A stretch of 64,000 nt of DNA, taken from an uncultured Candidatus Saccharibacteria bacterium (GTDB taxonomy: Bacteria > Patescibacteriota > Minisyncoccia > Phycocordibacterales > UBA12088). The DNA lies in the NCBI GenBank assembly GCA_964567265.1, contig CAZMLK010000002.1, positions 138,813 to 202,812 of the forward strand, read 5' to 3'. The notes beneath the pieces were generated by a model, which saw nothing but the letters and a program-made list of their open reading frames with translations, was not told the DNA's origin and searched no databases. Shown here in pieces: positions 17,296-27,486 of the stretch; the stretch's first letter is position 1; every line of letters starts with the position of its first letter. A program made the position numbers and the translations under genes.

Positions 17296-18285
17296 CTATT
17301 CACCGGCATGCTCACCCTCATTGCTCTCCCTAGTCGTCGTCGCGGTCGGAGCTTTTTTCTTCGGTTCGAACGTTTTGAGGAGTCGGACGGCAGCTTCGAG
17401 CTCGCTCTGCGCTGTCTTCAGGTTCCCCTTGATGCTCTCGACAAGGTCGCGCACCTTCGAGAACTCGCCTTCAGGATCATCGGATGCAATCACGGTGGCG
17501 AAAGTCGTCTTGATGTTCCCGATGCTCGACTGTGCTGCCGCAAGCGCTGCGCGGGCAGTGATGACATGGGACTTCGCTTCCCCGACATCCTTGCCGTCGG
17601 CTTCAAGCTTCGCGATCCGTGAATCGATACGGTCTGCGATCTTGAGGAGGCGGCCGTACGCGACATCGAGGCGCGCGGCGACATGGCTCACTTCATCGGC
17701 AACCTTCGCCTTTATGCGCTCCCTTGTCGACGACGCGATCTTCTGCCACATCTCCTGGCGCTTCTCGCGAAGCTCATCGAGCGGTCCGCCGTTCCCCTTC
17801 ATCTGGCCAGGGAATACTGCTGGCCGCGTGCCGGTCGCCATGCCCGGCTTGGTCGTTGAGGCCATGCGCATGCGCATCTCCTTCTCGCGCATTTCCATCA
17901 TATTTGAAGCCGTCGTTGATGCTTGGATCTTCTTCAACATCTCTGGGGTCGGCTTCTGGAGCGGACGATTCGTCGTTGACCCTTCTGATCCCCTTGCCGG
18001 CGGCATCGGAGGCGGGGGTACGTCGCCCTCAACATGGTCTCCGCCAGTCCGTGCTCCCGTCGGAGGCTTCGCGGTGGCCGCTCCCGGACACTTCGCGAAT
18101 TCGCAGTGCGGGCCGGTGCGTCCGACGGCGCTGCCGTCTGGACACATCTTCGCTTCCGCGGTACAGATTACGCCGGCACTCGCGTCGGCGTCCGCCGTCT
18201 CGTCAGCAAGCGCGAACGATACGCCGAACAAAAAAACAAATCCAATGGACAGGAAAGTACTGCCCAGTACGCGCATTCTCGTCAT
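17296..18285 (-). CDS. Secreted protein with 4-Cys module and C-terminal coiled coil
   Basis: 329 aa; signal/anchor; ICTAEAKMCPDGSAVGRTGPHCEFAKCPG (third copy of the module); helical C-terminal half. Confidence 0.55.
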   Translation of the reverse strand: MTRMRVLGSTFLSIGFVFLFGVSFALADETADADASAGVICTAEAKMCPDGSAVGRTGPHCEFAKCPGAATAKPPTGARTGGDHVEGDVPPPPMPPARGSEGSTTNRPLQKPTPEMLKKIQASTTASNMMEMREKEMRMRMASTTKPGMATGTRPAVFPGQMKGNGGPLDELREKRQEMWQKIASSTRERIKAKVADEVSHVAARLDVAYGRLLKIADRIDSRIAKLEADGKDVGEAKSHVITARAALAAAQSSIGNIKTTFATVIASDDPEGEFSKVRDLVESIKGNLKTAQSELEAAVRLLKTFEPKKKAPTATTTRESNEGEHAGE

Positions 18286-18414
18286 AGCTATTACCTTAGT
18301 AGTAAGAATCTTCTCAGAGATTGAAAAGATCGGGAACCAGTGGTGTTGTATGTAGTATACAAACGAGCGCTCGCATATGCGAGCGCTCGTTTGTTGATAA
18401 CTCAGGGGTTTCGC

Positions 18415-18939
18415 CTACTTCGCGAACTTCTCGTTGTAAAGCTCGAGGCTCTTCTCGAAGTCCTTCTTTGCGTCAGCGGCGCCGCGGAAGCCCTTTACCT
18501 CCACTTCCTTGTTCTGGAGCTTCTTGTAGGTCGAGAAGAAGTGCTCGATTTCCTTGAGGGTGTGCTTGTTGATGTCGGAAAGGTCCTTCACATCGCTCCA
18601 CCGTGGGTCTTTGACCGGCACGGCGATTATCTTGTTGTCGGATTCGCCGTCATCCACCATGTCCATGACTGCGACTGGCCGGACGCGGACCAGGATGCCG
18701 GGCGCGAGCGGGTAGGTCGTGAGGACGAGCGCGTCGAGCGCATCCTCGTCGTACCAGTACGACTGCGGAATGAAGCCATAATCGAACGGATAGTCCTGGG
18801 AAGTATGCATCGCGCGGTCGAGGGCGATCAAGCCCGTTTCCTTGTCGATCTCGTACTTGTTCTTCGAGCCCTTCGGGATCTCGATGATGACATTCATCTC
18901 GTCAGCCGTTCCCGGCTTCACATCGTGCCAATAGTTCAT
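18415..18939 (-). CDS. ppa: Inorganic pyrophosphatase (family I)
   Basis: 174 aa; IIEIPKGSKNKYE, YPFDYGFIP, DEDALDALVL, DDGESDNKIIAV. Confidence 0.9.
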   Translation of the reverse strand: MNYWHDVKPGTADEMNVIIEIPKGSKNKYEIDKETGLIALDRAMHTSQDYPFDYGFIPQSYWYDEDALDALVLTTYPLAPGILVRVRPVAVMDMVDDGESDNKIIAVPVKDPRWSDVKDLSDINKHTLKEIEHFFSTYKKLQNKEVEVKGFRGAADAKKDFEKSLELYNEKFAK

Positions 18940-19002
18940 AGTTCTAGTCTTTAAGTGCTTAGTCTGTAGTCTATAACCAGTCCTTTGGAGGAGAAAGGGG
19001 GA

Positions 19003-20193
19003 TTACTCCTCGGTTTTCTCTGCTGCTGCCTCCTCAGTCGCGGCTTCTGCCGGCGCTTCCGGGGCGGCTTCCTCTTCCGAAGCTTCATCTGCGGCTACGG
19101 TCGGCGCTTTTGCGGAGTGGATGTCGATCTTCCAGCCGGTCAGCTTTGCGGCGAGGCGGACATTCTGTCCGGCCTTGCCGATCGCGAGAGACTGCTGGTC
19201 TTCCGCGACCTCGACGAGCGCGCGGTGCGCGCCGTCGTCGATGACGACATTCATGACCTTTGCAGGGGAGAGTGCGTCCTCGACGAACTGCTTCTGGTTC
19301 TCAGACCACTCGATGATGTCGATCTTCTCGCCACCGAGCTCGCTCATGACGGTCGAGACGCGCACTCCGCGCTGGCCGACGAGGGAACCGACTGGGTCGA
19401 TGTGGGTATCGGTCGACGCGACGGCGATCTTGGAGCGGCTTCCCGGCTCGCGGGCGATCGCCTTCACGACGACGGTGCCGGAAACGAGCTCAGGCGCCTC
19501 GAATTCGAAGAGCTTCTCGAGGAATTTCGGGTGTGAGCGTGAAAGGCGGAGGAAGACGCCGCGTGGTCCTTCCTCGACATTGTAGAGGTAAGCGCGGAGG
19601 CGCTCTCCCTGGCGGAATCGCTCGCCGGGGATCTGTTCGTCATACGGGAGGATGCCGGTCGCGCGGCCAAGGTCGATGTAGATGTTGCCGCGCTCGATGC
19701 GCTGGACCGAACCGCTCACGATATCGCCTTCGCGCTCGCCGAATTCGTTGAGCACGGAGACCTTTTCCGCTTCGCGGATCTTCTGGATGATGACCTGCTT
19801 GGCAGTCTGGGCGGCGATGCGTCCAAAATCATCCTGCGGCTCGAGCGGGAAGACGATCTCGTCGTCGAGCTCGGCGCCTTTCTTGATGCGGCGTGCATCC
19901 TCGAGGAGGATGTGGTGTTCCGGGTTGAAGCGGACGCGCTCGTCGTCTTCCGGAGCGTCTTCCTCGTCCATGCGGACCTGGGTATCATCAACGACCAGCT
20001 TTACCTGGTAGAACTCGGTCGAACCGGTGCCAATGTCGAACTTGGCACGCACGATCTGGCCGCGCTTGCCGAATTCCTTGCGGTACGCGGTCGCGAGCGA
20101 CTGCTCGATCGCCTCGATGACTTTCGCGCGGGGGATGCCGCGCTCTTCCTCGAGCTGGTCGAGGACGGAATTGATTACTTTGAGATCAAACAT
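19003..20193 (-). CDS. nusA: Transcription termination/antitermination factor NusA
   Basis: 396 aa; N-terminal domain, S1 (GDIVSGSVQRIERGNIYIDLG), two KH domains (VGQRGVRV, IGKAGQNVRLAAKLTGWKIDI); acidic C tail. Confidence 0.9.
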   Translation of the reverse strand: MFDLKVINSVLDQLEEERGIPRAKVIEAIEQSLATAYRKEFGKRGQIVRAKFDIGTGSTEFYQVKLVVDDTQVRMDEEDAPEDDERVRFNPEHHILLEDARRIKKGAELDDEIVFPLEPQDDFGRIAAQTAKQVIIQKIREAEKVSVLNEFGEREGDIVSGSVQRIERGNIYIDLGRATGILPYDEQIPGERFRQGERLRAYLYNVEEGPRGVFLRLSRSHPKFLEKLFEFEAPELVSGTVVVKAIAREPGSRSKIAVASTDTHIDPVGSLVGQRGVRVSTVMSELGGEKIDIIEWSENQKQFVEDALSPAKVMNVVIDDGAHRALVEVAEDQQSLAIGKAGQNVRLAAKLTGWKIDIHSAKAPTVAADEASEEEAAPEAPAEAATEEAAAEKTEE

Positions 20194-20360
20194 GGTTGTG
20201 TTGGTTATGAATTGGGTGGGCTCTTAAAAAAACGTGCCCGCCAAAGGCGGACAGGTCAGATAGCAAAACTATAGGCTTGCATCCGGCTTCTGTCAAGTCT
20301 GTCTGTGTTCCCCGATATCCGCATTGTAAGCCTGCTGTACACAAAAGAGAATCAACACCC

Positions 20361-20371
20361 TTTGCTATACT
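20361..20371 (+). promoter_or_regulatory. Candidate extended -10 promoter element TTTGCTATACT
   Basis: TGcTATACT 22 nt upstream of the pilB GTG; identical 11-mer recurs at 34952-34962 upstream of rnhA. Confidence 0.4.
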
Positions 20372-20393
20372 AATGAACGAATAGAAACTTGCT

Positions 20394-22145
20394 GTGTACG
20401 TTAATACAGAACAACTGAAGGAGTTTGTCCTCGATTCGGGCCTGGTGTCCCGGAAAGACTTTGAGGCTGCGGAAAAGGCGGCTGAAGAGAAGGGGGTGAC
20501 GGTCGAGCAGGCGCTCATGAATGCGGGCAAGGCGAGCGAGGACGACATCCGCCGTGTCCAAGCCTACGTGCTCGGGATCCCGTTCATCAACCTCAAGAAG
20601 CAGAAGATCGATTTCGATATCCTCTCCCTGATCCCCGAGCCGATCGCCCGGAAGCACAACATCGTCGCCTTCAAGAAGGCGGAAGGGGCGCTCGAGGTCG
20701 CGATGCTCGACATCGACAACCTCCAGGCGATCGAGTTCGTGAAGAAGAAGGTGGGTCTCAAGATCTTGCCACGCCTCACCGACGCGGATTCCATCAAGGA
20801 ACTCCTCCTGCAGTACCAGAAGACACTCAAGGACGAATTCGGCGACCTCATCAAGAAAGAATCTGCAACACTCGACGTGCTGCCGGAAGGGGAGGACGCG
20901 TCCGTCTCCGAGAAGGACCTCAAGAAGATCGCGGAGGACCTGCCGGTGGTGCGCATCGTGAATTCGCTCCTCAAGCATGCGATCATCCAGGACGCATCCG
21001 ACATCCACATCGAGCCCATGGAGAACGAGGTGCTGGTGCGGTACCGCATCGACGGCCTCCTCCATGACGCGATGACGCTTCCGAAGAACGCAGGCGCGTC
21101 GATCACCGCGCGCATCAAGGTGCTTTCGAACCTGAAATTGGATGAGAAGCGCCTCCCGCAGGACGGCCGCTTCAAGATGCGCATCGACAACGACAAGGTG
21201 TCATTCCGCGTCTCGATCCTCCCGACGTATTTCGGCGAGAAGACCGTGATGCGCCTCCTTCGCGAGTCGGGCGGCGGCTTCACACTCGAAAGTCTCGGCT
21301 TCCACGGCGAAGGACTGGAACGCATCCATGCAGCGACCAAGCTCGCCACCGGCATGATCCTCACGACCGGACCGACCGGAAGCGGCAAGACGACGACGCT
21401 CTATACCGTGCTTGATATCTTGAATACGCCGGATGTGAACATTTCTACTATCGAGGACCCGATCGAGTACCAGATGGCGCGTGTCAACCAGACGCAGGTC
21501 AAGCCGGAGATCGGATTCACGTTCACGAACGGCCTCCGCTCGCTGGTGCGCCAGGACCCGGACATCATCATGGTGGGAGAAATTCGCGACGGAGAGACGG
21601 CGTCGCTCGCCATCAATGCGTCTTTGACCGGCCACTTGGTGCTTTCGACGCTCCACACCAACAGCGCTACGGGAACCATGCCGCGCCTCATCGACATGGG
21701 CTGCGAGCCGTTCCTGATCGTTTCCACCTTGAATGTGGTCATTGGCCAGCGCCTCGTGCGCAAGCTGACCGGGGGGAAGGAGGAATACAATCTCTCGTCC
21801 GCGGAAATCAAATCATTGTCCGAGCATGCCGATCTCGACCTAGTCTTGAAGACATTGAAGGATGAGAGCATCGTCCCCAAGAACGCCACCTTCGACAAGA
21901 TCCCGTTCTACAGGCCGGTCGCCTCTCCCGAAGCAGGGGATGGCTACAAGGGTCGTATCGGCATCCACGAGGTGTTCAAGATGACGCCGACCATCCGCGA
22001 GATGGTGATGCAGGGAAAGACCGCGGCTGATATCGAGGTGCAGGCGAAGAAAGAAGGTATGCTCACGATGCTCGAGGACGGCATCTTCAAGGCTGTCGAG
22101 GGCGTGACGACGATCGAGGAGGTCTTGCGCGTCGTCAGCGAATAA
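20394..22145 (+). CDS. pilB: Type IV pilus / type II secretion assembly ATPase (PilB/GspE family)
   Basis: 583 aa; GTG start; N-terminal GSPII domain; Walker A GPTGSGKTTT, Asp box, Walker B IIMVGEIRD, His box TGHLVLSTLHTN. Confidence 0.9.
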   Translation: MYVNTEQLKEFVLDSGLVSRKDFEAAEKAAEEKGVTVEQALMNAGKASEDDIRRVQAYVLGIPFINLKKQKIDFDILSLIPEPIARKHNIVAFKKAEGALEVAMLDIDNLQAIEFVKKKVGLKILPRLTDADSIKELLLQYQKTLKDEFGDLIKKESATLDVLPEGEDASVSEKDLKKIAEDLPVVRIVNSLLKHAIIQDASDIHIEPMENEVLVRYRIDGLLHDAMTLPKNAGASITARIKVLSNLKLDEKRLPQDGRFKMRIDNDKVSFRVSILPTYFGEKTVMRLLRESGGGFTLESLGFHGEGLERIHAATKLATGMILTTGPTGSGKTTTLYTVLDILNTPDVNISTIEDPIEYQMARVNQTQVKPEIGFTFTNGLRSLVRQDPDIIMVGEIRDGETASLAINASLTGHLVLSTLHTNSATGTMPRLIDMGCEPFLIVSTLNVVIGQRLVRKLTGGKEEYNLSSAEIKSLSEHADLDLVLKTLKDESIVPKNATFDKIPFYRPVASPEAGDGYKGRIGIHEVFKMTPTIREMVMQGKTAADIEVQAKKEGMLTMLEDGIFKAVEGVTTIEEVLRVVSE

Positions 22146-22292
22146 CTCACCATACTAAAAAGATTCGCCGCGGGCCCCTTTGGGGCCCGCGGCGTTTCGC
22201 TACGATACAGGTTCTTCCATATCGAACTCTATCTGGCGCACGGGGATACTAGTGCCCGGTATTCGCTCGCAAGCAGCGAAGAAGTCGCGATT

Positions 22293-22325
22293 ATCCGCAT
22301 TTCTCGCGTAGCGAGAAATGCGGAT
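22293..22325. repeat. Perfect 15-bp inverted repeat directly upstream of pilC
   Basis: ATCCGCATTTCTCGC-GTA-GCGAGAAATGCGGAT, 21 nt before the pilC ATG; not followed by a T-run. Confidence 0.6.
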
Positions 22326-22346
22326 TGCTCTTACAATTGAAATGCA

Positions 22347-23567
22347 ATGGCGATCTTTACGTACAAGGCGACGAACAAGGAAGGGGAAGAGTATGAAGGG
22401 ACCGCGACCGTCGCCGACCGATTCGAGCTCTACTCGCATATCCAGAAGGAAGGCGGCACGATCATTTCCTATGCCGAGGGTAGTGCGGGCGGCGGTTTCA
22501 CGCTCGATGCGCTCATTAGCAAGATTTTCGGCCGCGTGAAGGAAACGGACAAGATCGTTCTTACAAGGAATCTCTCCGCGATGCTTACGGCAGGACTCTC
22601 GCTCACGCGCGCGATGGCCGTGATGAACCGCCAGACCAAGAACAAGAAGCTCAAAACCATCCTTGGGATGGTCGAGGGCTCGATCGAGAAGGGCGGCACC
22701 TTCCATGAGGCGCTGATCCCGTACCCGAACGTATTCAGTCCGCTCATGGTCGCCATGGTGAAGGCGGGCGAGGAAGGCGGCCGCCTCGCGGAATCGCTCT
22801 CGACGATCTCGAACCAGCTCGACCGCTCGTACAACCTCAAGAAGAAGATCCGCGGCGCGCTCATCTATCCCTCGATCGTCATCTTCGCGCTCGTGGTCGT
22901 CGGCATCCTGATGCTCATCTTCATCGTGCCGACCTTGACGAAGACCTTCACCGAGCTCCATGTTGAGCTCCCGGCCAGCACGAAGTTCGTCATCGCGTCG
23001 AGCAATTTCCTCACGCACCATACAGCCACCGCCGTCGCGATCGCCCTCCTCATCGCGGGCGGGGTCTGGATGGCGCTGCGGACCAAGAACGGCCGGCGCA
23101 CGTTCGAGTGGCTCCTTCTCCGCATCCCGATCATCGGCACGCTGGTCCGCGAGACGAATGCCGCCCGCACTGCGCGCACGCTCTCCTCGCTGCTTTCGTC
23201 GGGCGTCGAGATCGTCCGCTCGCTCGAGATCACCGTCGAGGTGGTGCAGAACTCGTACTACAAGGAAGTGATCGTCGAGGCGGGGGAGCGCATCCAGAAA
23301 GGACTCCCGCTCTTCGAGGTGTTCAACAAGTACGAGTCGTTGTACCCGCCCTTGGTCGCGGAACTGATCGCGGTCGGCGAGGAGACTGGAAAGCTCCCGG
23401 ACATGCTGCTCCAGATCGCGGATTTCTACGAGCGCGAAGTCGAGCAGAAGACGAAGGATATGTCGACCATCATCGAGCCGTTCCTCATGATCATCGTGGG
23501 CTCGGTCGTCGGCTTCTTCGCGGTCTCGATGATCACGCCGATCTACTCCATCACGGAGAATATTTAA
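22347..23567 (+). CDS. pilC: Type IV pilus platform protein (PilC/GspF family)
   Basis: 406 aa; duplicated GspF domains, three TM segments, LSRAMAVM / LSSLLSSG repeats. Confidence 0.9.
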   Translation: MAIFTYKATNKEGEEYEGTATVADRFELYSHIQKEGGTIISYAEGSAGGGFTLDALISKIFGRVKETDKIVLTRNLSAMLTAGLSLTRAMAVMNRQTKNKKLKTILGMVEGSIEKGGTFHEALIPYPNVFSPLMVAMVKAGEEGGRLAESLSTISNQLDRSYNLKKKIRGALIYPSIVIFALVVVGILMLIFIVPTLTKTFTELHVELPASTKFVIASSNFLTHHTATAVAIALLIAGGVWMALRTKNGRRTFEWLLLRIPIIGTLVRETNAARTARTLSSLLSSGVEIVRSLEITVEVVQNSYYKEVIVEAGERIQKGLPLFEVFNKYESLYPPLVAELIAVGEETGKLPDMLLQIADFYEREVEQKTKDMSTIIEPFLMIIVGSVVGFFAVSMITPIYSITENI

Positions 23568-23596
23568 TGCAGGCGTAATCCTGGCATTCTGCCGCA

Positions 23597-25357
23597 ATGA
23601 CTTTTCGCACCACACATTCGGCCGCGCGCGGCTTCTCACTCATCGATACCATCATCGGCATCGCGCTCATGACCATCGTCTTCTTCGCGCTCTTCGGCGC
23701 GTTCCGCTTCAGCTTGATCCTACTCGGCATCGCGAAGGCAAAGATCAGCGCGATCGCGCTCGCGAACGAGCAGATGGAATACATCCGCTCCATCGATTAC
23801 GACTCGGTCGGTACCGTGTCCGGCATCCCGGCAGGCGCGATCCCTCAGATAGAGAATTTCACCTACAACAATATCGCCTACACGCGGCGCGTGCTGGTGC
23901 AGTACGAGGATGCGCCGCAGGACGGGCTCGGCGCCGCCGACTCGAACAGTCTCACCGCCGACTACAAGCGCATCAAGGTCACGGTCTCGTGGACGGCGCG
24001 CGGCCGCGCGTTCGAGTACTCGCTCATCTCGACCATGGTGCCGCGCGGCGTCGAGAGCGTCGCGGGCGGCGGTACGCTCCGCATTTATGCGCTCTCAGCG
24101 CTCGGCGCGCCGCTCGATGATGCGACCGTACGAATCCAGAACCCGTCAACAACGCCCGCGATCGACGTCACGGTGAATACGAACAGCGCCGGCAAGGTCG
24201 AATTTCCGGGCGGCACGCCGGCCGCGAGCGGCTACCAGATCACCGTCTCGAAGAGCGGATACAGCACGGCGAAGACGTATTCGGTCACGGCCGCGAACCC
24301 GAGCCCAAGCCCTGGCCATCTCACGGTGGTCGCCGGCGGCACCACGAGCTCGACCTTCTCGATCGATCAGACGGCGACGAATACCATCCGCACCTTCATC
24401 CCGCTCCAGGCAGGCAGCTTCTCGGATTCGTTCCCGAACAGCGCGCAGACATCGCTCCTCGCCTCGACGACGGTTGCGGGAGGCGAGGTGGATCTCGTGA
24501 TTGATCCAGATACCAGCGATTATGCGCCGCAGGGGGAGGTGCGCTCGACGACTGTGAATCCGTCATACCTGTACTCGTGGGAATCGTTCTCCTGGACCGA
24601 CGACCGGCCAGCGGGCACGGATATCCGTTATCGCGTGTACTACGATACCGGTTCTGGATACGCGCTCGTGCCGGATAGCGCCCTGCCGGGAAATGCGCTC
24701 GGCGCGACGACTTCACCGATTGTGCTCACGACGCTTGCAACGACCACCTATCCGCGCCTCCGGCTCTCGGCAACACTTGCGGCCTCTGTGGGATCAACTA
24801 CGCCGAGCGTCCATGACTGGGATCTCTCATACAAAGGCGGCCCGACGCCGCTTCCGAATATCGCATTCACGCTCCAGGGTGCGAAGACTATCGGCACCAA
24901 TGGCGTCGGCACGCCTATATATAAGTACTCGCAGAGCCTGAATACGGGCGCGAGCTCCGTGGTTGCGGTTCCCGGCCTCGAGTGGGACAACTACACCATC
25001 ACGCTTTCAGGCGGCACCTATGACATCGCGGAATCCTGCAAGCCGCAGCCGGTCGGCGTGACGCCCGGGAGCATGATCACGACTGATCTCACACTTGCGG
25101 CGCATACCACGAACTCGCTCCTGGTCGCGGTCCGTGACAATGCCGGCGCACTCGCTTCTGGCGCGACGGTGCGCCTCTATGGCGGCGCGACCGACATCAC
25201 GAAGACAAGTTCCGAATGCGGGCAGGCCTTCTTCAGCAGCCTCTCTTCAAGCCTTCCGTACACGCTCGAGGTGTCGAAGTCTGGCTTCCAGACGACCACC
25301 ATCACGCCGGTCAATGTGGGCGGGAACCAGAGTATGAGCGCGACCATCAATCCGTAA
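23597..25357 (+). CDS. Large prepilin-type N-terminal domain protein with carboxypeptidase-regulatory-like repeats
   Basis: 586 aa; class III signal-like RG/FSLIDTIIGIALMTIVFF (Asp instead of Glu at +5); two segments TVRIQN...VSKSGYSTAKT and TVRLYG...VSKSGFQTTTI resemble CarboxypepD_reg folds. Confidence 0.65.
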   Translation: MTFRTTHSAARGFSLIDTIIGIALMTIVFFALFGAFRFSLILLGIAKAKISAIALANEQMEYIRSIDYDSVGTVSGIPAGAIPQIENFTYNNIAYTRRVLVQYEDAPQDGLGAADSNSLTADYKRIKVTVSWTARGRAFEYSLISTMVPRGVESVAGGGTLRIYALSALGAPLDDATVRIQNPSTTPAIDVTVNTNSAGKVEFPGGTPAASGYQITVSKSGYSTAKTYSVTAANPSPSPGHLTVVAGGTTSSTFSIDQTATNTIRTFIPLQAGSFSDSFPNSAQTSLLASTTVAGGEVDLVIDPDTSDYAPQGEVRSTTVNPSYLYSWESFSWTDDRPAGTDIRYRVYYDTGSGYALVPDSALPGNALGATTSPIVLTTLATTTYPRLRLSATLAASVGSTTPSVHDWDLSYKGGPTPLPNIAFTLQGAKTIGTNGVGTPIYKYSQSLNTGASSVVAVPGLEWDNYTITLSGGTYDIAESCKPQPVGVTPGSMITTDLTLAAHTTNSLLVAVRDNAGALASGATVRLYGGATDITKTSSECGQAFFSSLSSSLPYTLEVSKSGFQTTTITPVNVGGNQSMSATINP

Positions 25358-25364
25358 GAGCGAT

Positions 25365-25988
25365 ATGAACCCTTTTTTCAAACATGAGGATACCGGCGGG
25401 GTGCGCGGCATGACGCTCATCGAGATGCTCGTCGTGATCGCGGTCGGTACCGCCGCGTCTCTCGTCCTCAGCGCGAACATCATCTATCTCTACAAGATCA
25501 ACCAGATCAGCTACGAGCAGGGCTTCGCCCTCGAGAGCGCGCGCCGCGGCATCGAGCTTTTGGTGCGCGATATCCGCGAGGCGACCTATTCCGACGACGG
25601 CTCGTTCCCGATCGTCGCCATGAGCCCGTACTCCTTGATCGTCTACAGCGACACCGACCGCGATTCGAGCGTCGAGCGCATACGCTATTTCATTTCAGGA
25701 ACCAACCTGAAGCGCGGTATTGTAGATGCGACGGGCACGCCGCTCACGTATCCGACTGCAAATGAGAAGGTGACGCTCGTTTCCGACTACGTGCGCAATT
25801 CCGAGCAGAGCATTCCTTCGTTCACGTACTACAACGCGGCAGGGGCGGAGATCACCGATTTCACCGATGTCTCCGACGTGACCTTCGTGAAAGTGAATCT
25901 CATCGTCAACATCAGCCCGACGCACCTGCCTGACGAATTCCTACTCCGCTCGAGCGCGGCGGTGAGAAACCTTCGCCCAAACCCTTAA
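25365..25988 (+). CDS. Prepilin-type minor pilin/pseudopilin
   Basis: 207 aa; canonical G/MTLIEMLVVIAVG prepilin cleavage-methylation motif. Confidence 0.7.
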   Translation: MNPFFKHEDTGGVRGMTLIEMLVVIAVGTAASLVLSANIIYLYKINQISYEQGFALESARRGIELLVRDIREATYSDDGSFPIVAMSPYSLIVYSDTDRDSSVERIRYFISGTNLKRGIVDATGTPLTYPTANEKVTLVSDYVRNSEQSIPSFTYYNAAGAEITDFTDVSDVTFVKVNLIVNISPTHLPDEFLLRSSAAVRNLRPNP

Positions 25989-25993
25989 CAGGT

Positions 25994-27421
25994 ATGCACT
26001 TCTTCCCAAAAGCAGGACGCGAGAAGGGGAGTCTCATCCTCCTCACCTTGGTATTCGCGGGCATCTTCACCATGATCGTCGCGTCCTTGGCATCATTCCT
26101 CATCGTCCAGCAGAAGGTGGAGCGCGGGAAGGAAGCGCGCGAGCAGGCGATCCAGATCGCAGAAGGCGGGCTCGACTATTACAAATGGTTCCTCGCGCAT
26201 TACCCGAACGACCTCAAGGACGGCACAGGCGTCGCAGGACCGTATGTTCACGACTATACCGATCCGGAGGGCGGCTCGATCGGCAAGTTCTCGCTCTCGG
26301 TGTCAGGAAATTCTCAGTGCGGGTCGGTCGCGTCTATCGACATCACTTCGACCGGCTGGACCAATGACCGGGCCGAGCTGAAGCGTACGGTCTACGGACG
26401 CTATGCGCGGCCATCAGTCGCGGAATTCTCACATATATTGAACAGCAGTGTCTGGGCCGGAAGCGACCGTGAGATCTACGGGCCCTACCACTCGAACGGC
26501 GGCATCCGCATGGATGGCACCAACTATTCGAAGGTCACGAGCGCCGTCTCGACCTGGTCGTGCACCGCGAGCTTCGGCTGCTCGCCGACGGCGACCAAGA
26601 ACGGCGTATTCGGGAGCGGGCCGAACGCGAGCCTTTGGCAGTTCCCGGTCGCGCCGGTCGATTTCAACGGGCTCACGGTGGACCTGGTCGCGATGAAGAA
26701 TCTCGCGCAGACCCAGGGCGGCGTCTATTATCCGCCGGCAGGAAAGGGATATCACATCATCTTCAACGCGAATGGCACCATGACGGTGTACCGCGTGAAT
26801 AACACTTCCACGGTCTGGAGCTATTCCACTGAGGATGGGTGGGTACAAGACCCGCAGATCATCACGAACCAGACAAATCTCGGGACCATTGCCGTTCCGG
26901 CGAACTGCAAGGTCATCTTCGTCGAGGACAATCTGTGGCTTGAAGGGATCGTTTCTGGGAAAGTTGCGATCGCTGCCGCGAACGTGATCAACGCGACCAT
27001 CTCGCCGCGCATCCTCCTTTCGGGAAATATCACGTACGTGACCGGCGGCACGACGGATGGCCTTACCGCGATCGCCGAGGATTCCGTGTTGATCCCGCTC
27101 CAATCGCCGACGAACATGGAGCTCCACGGCGTATTCATTGCCCAGAATGGACGGTTCGCGCGCGACCACTATGTGACCTCGGGTACCAACCAAGTGCCGA
27201 GCGCCTACGATTCCTACGTGCAGCAGAATGACCTCATCATGTACGGCACCATCGTCTCGAATGGCCGCGTCGGGACCCAGTGGACCTGCGGCGGCACCTT
27301 CTGCTCCGGCTATGCGAACCGTGAGAATTACTACGACCGCAATCTCGCGACCTCGCCGCCGCCCCTTACCCCGCACACGAGCGAGGACTACCGGTTTATC
27401 GAGTGGCGGGAGAATGACTAA
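25994..27421 (+). CDS. Pilus-associated protein with N-terminal hydrophobic helix (PilX-like position)
   Basis: 475 aa; KGSLILLTLVFAGIFTMIVASLASF anchor; last gene of pilus cluster; no other motif recognised. Confidence 0.5.
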   Translation: MHFFPKAGREKGSLILLTLVFAGIFTMIVASLASFLIVQQKVERGKEAREQAIQIAEGGLDYYKWFLAHYPNDLKDGTGVAGPYVHDYTDPEGGSIGKFSLSVSGNSQCGSVASIDITSTGWTNDRAELKRTVYGRYARPSVAEFSHILNSSVWAGSDREIYGPYHSNGGIRMDGTNYSKVTSAVSTWSCTASFGCSPTATKNGVFGSGPNASLWQFPVAPVDFNGLTVDLVAMKNLAQTQGGVYYPPAGKGYHIIFNANGTMTVYRVNNTSTVWSYSTEDGWVQDPQIITNQTNLGTIAVPANCKVIFVEDNLWLEGIVSGKVAIAAANVINATISPRILLSGNITYVTGGTTDGLTAIAEDSVLIPLQSPTNMELHGVFIAQNGRFARDHYVTSGTNQVPSAYDSYVQQNDLIMYGTIVSNGRVGTQWTCGGTFCSGYANRENYYDRNLATSPPPLTPHTSEDYRFIEWREND

Positions 27422-27486
27422 GAGTGCGCGCTGCCTCGCAAGGCCAGCCGGACCCTTCGGGTCCGGCTGGCCTTTTCTAAACATGG

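Noticed and set aside
17321-18355. 344-aa plus-strand ORF
   Set aside because: It is antisense to 17296-18285, which has a signal anchor and the conserved 4-Cys module shared with two other genes. The plus frame is Ser/Arg/Ala low-complexity.
22200-23639. 479-aa minus-strand ORF
   Set aside because: It is fully antisense to pilC, is extremely Arg/Asp/Glu-rich, and has no motifs.
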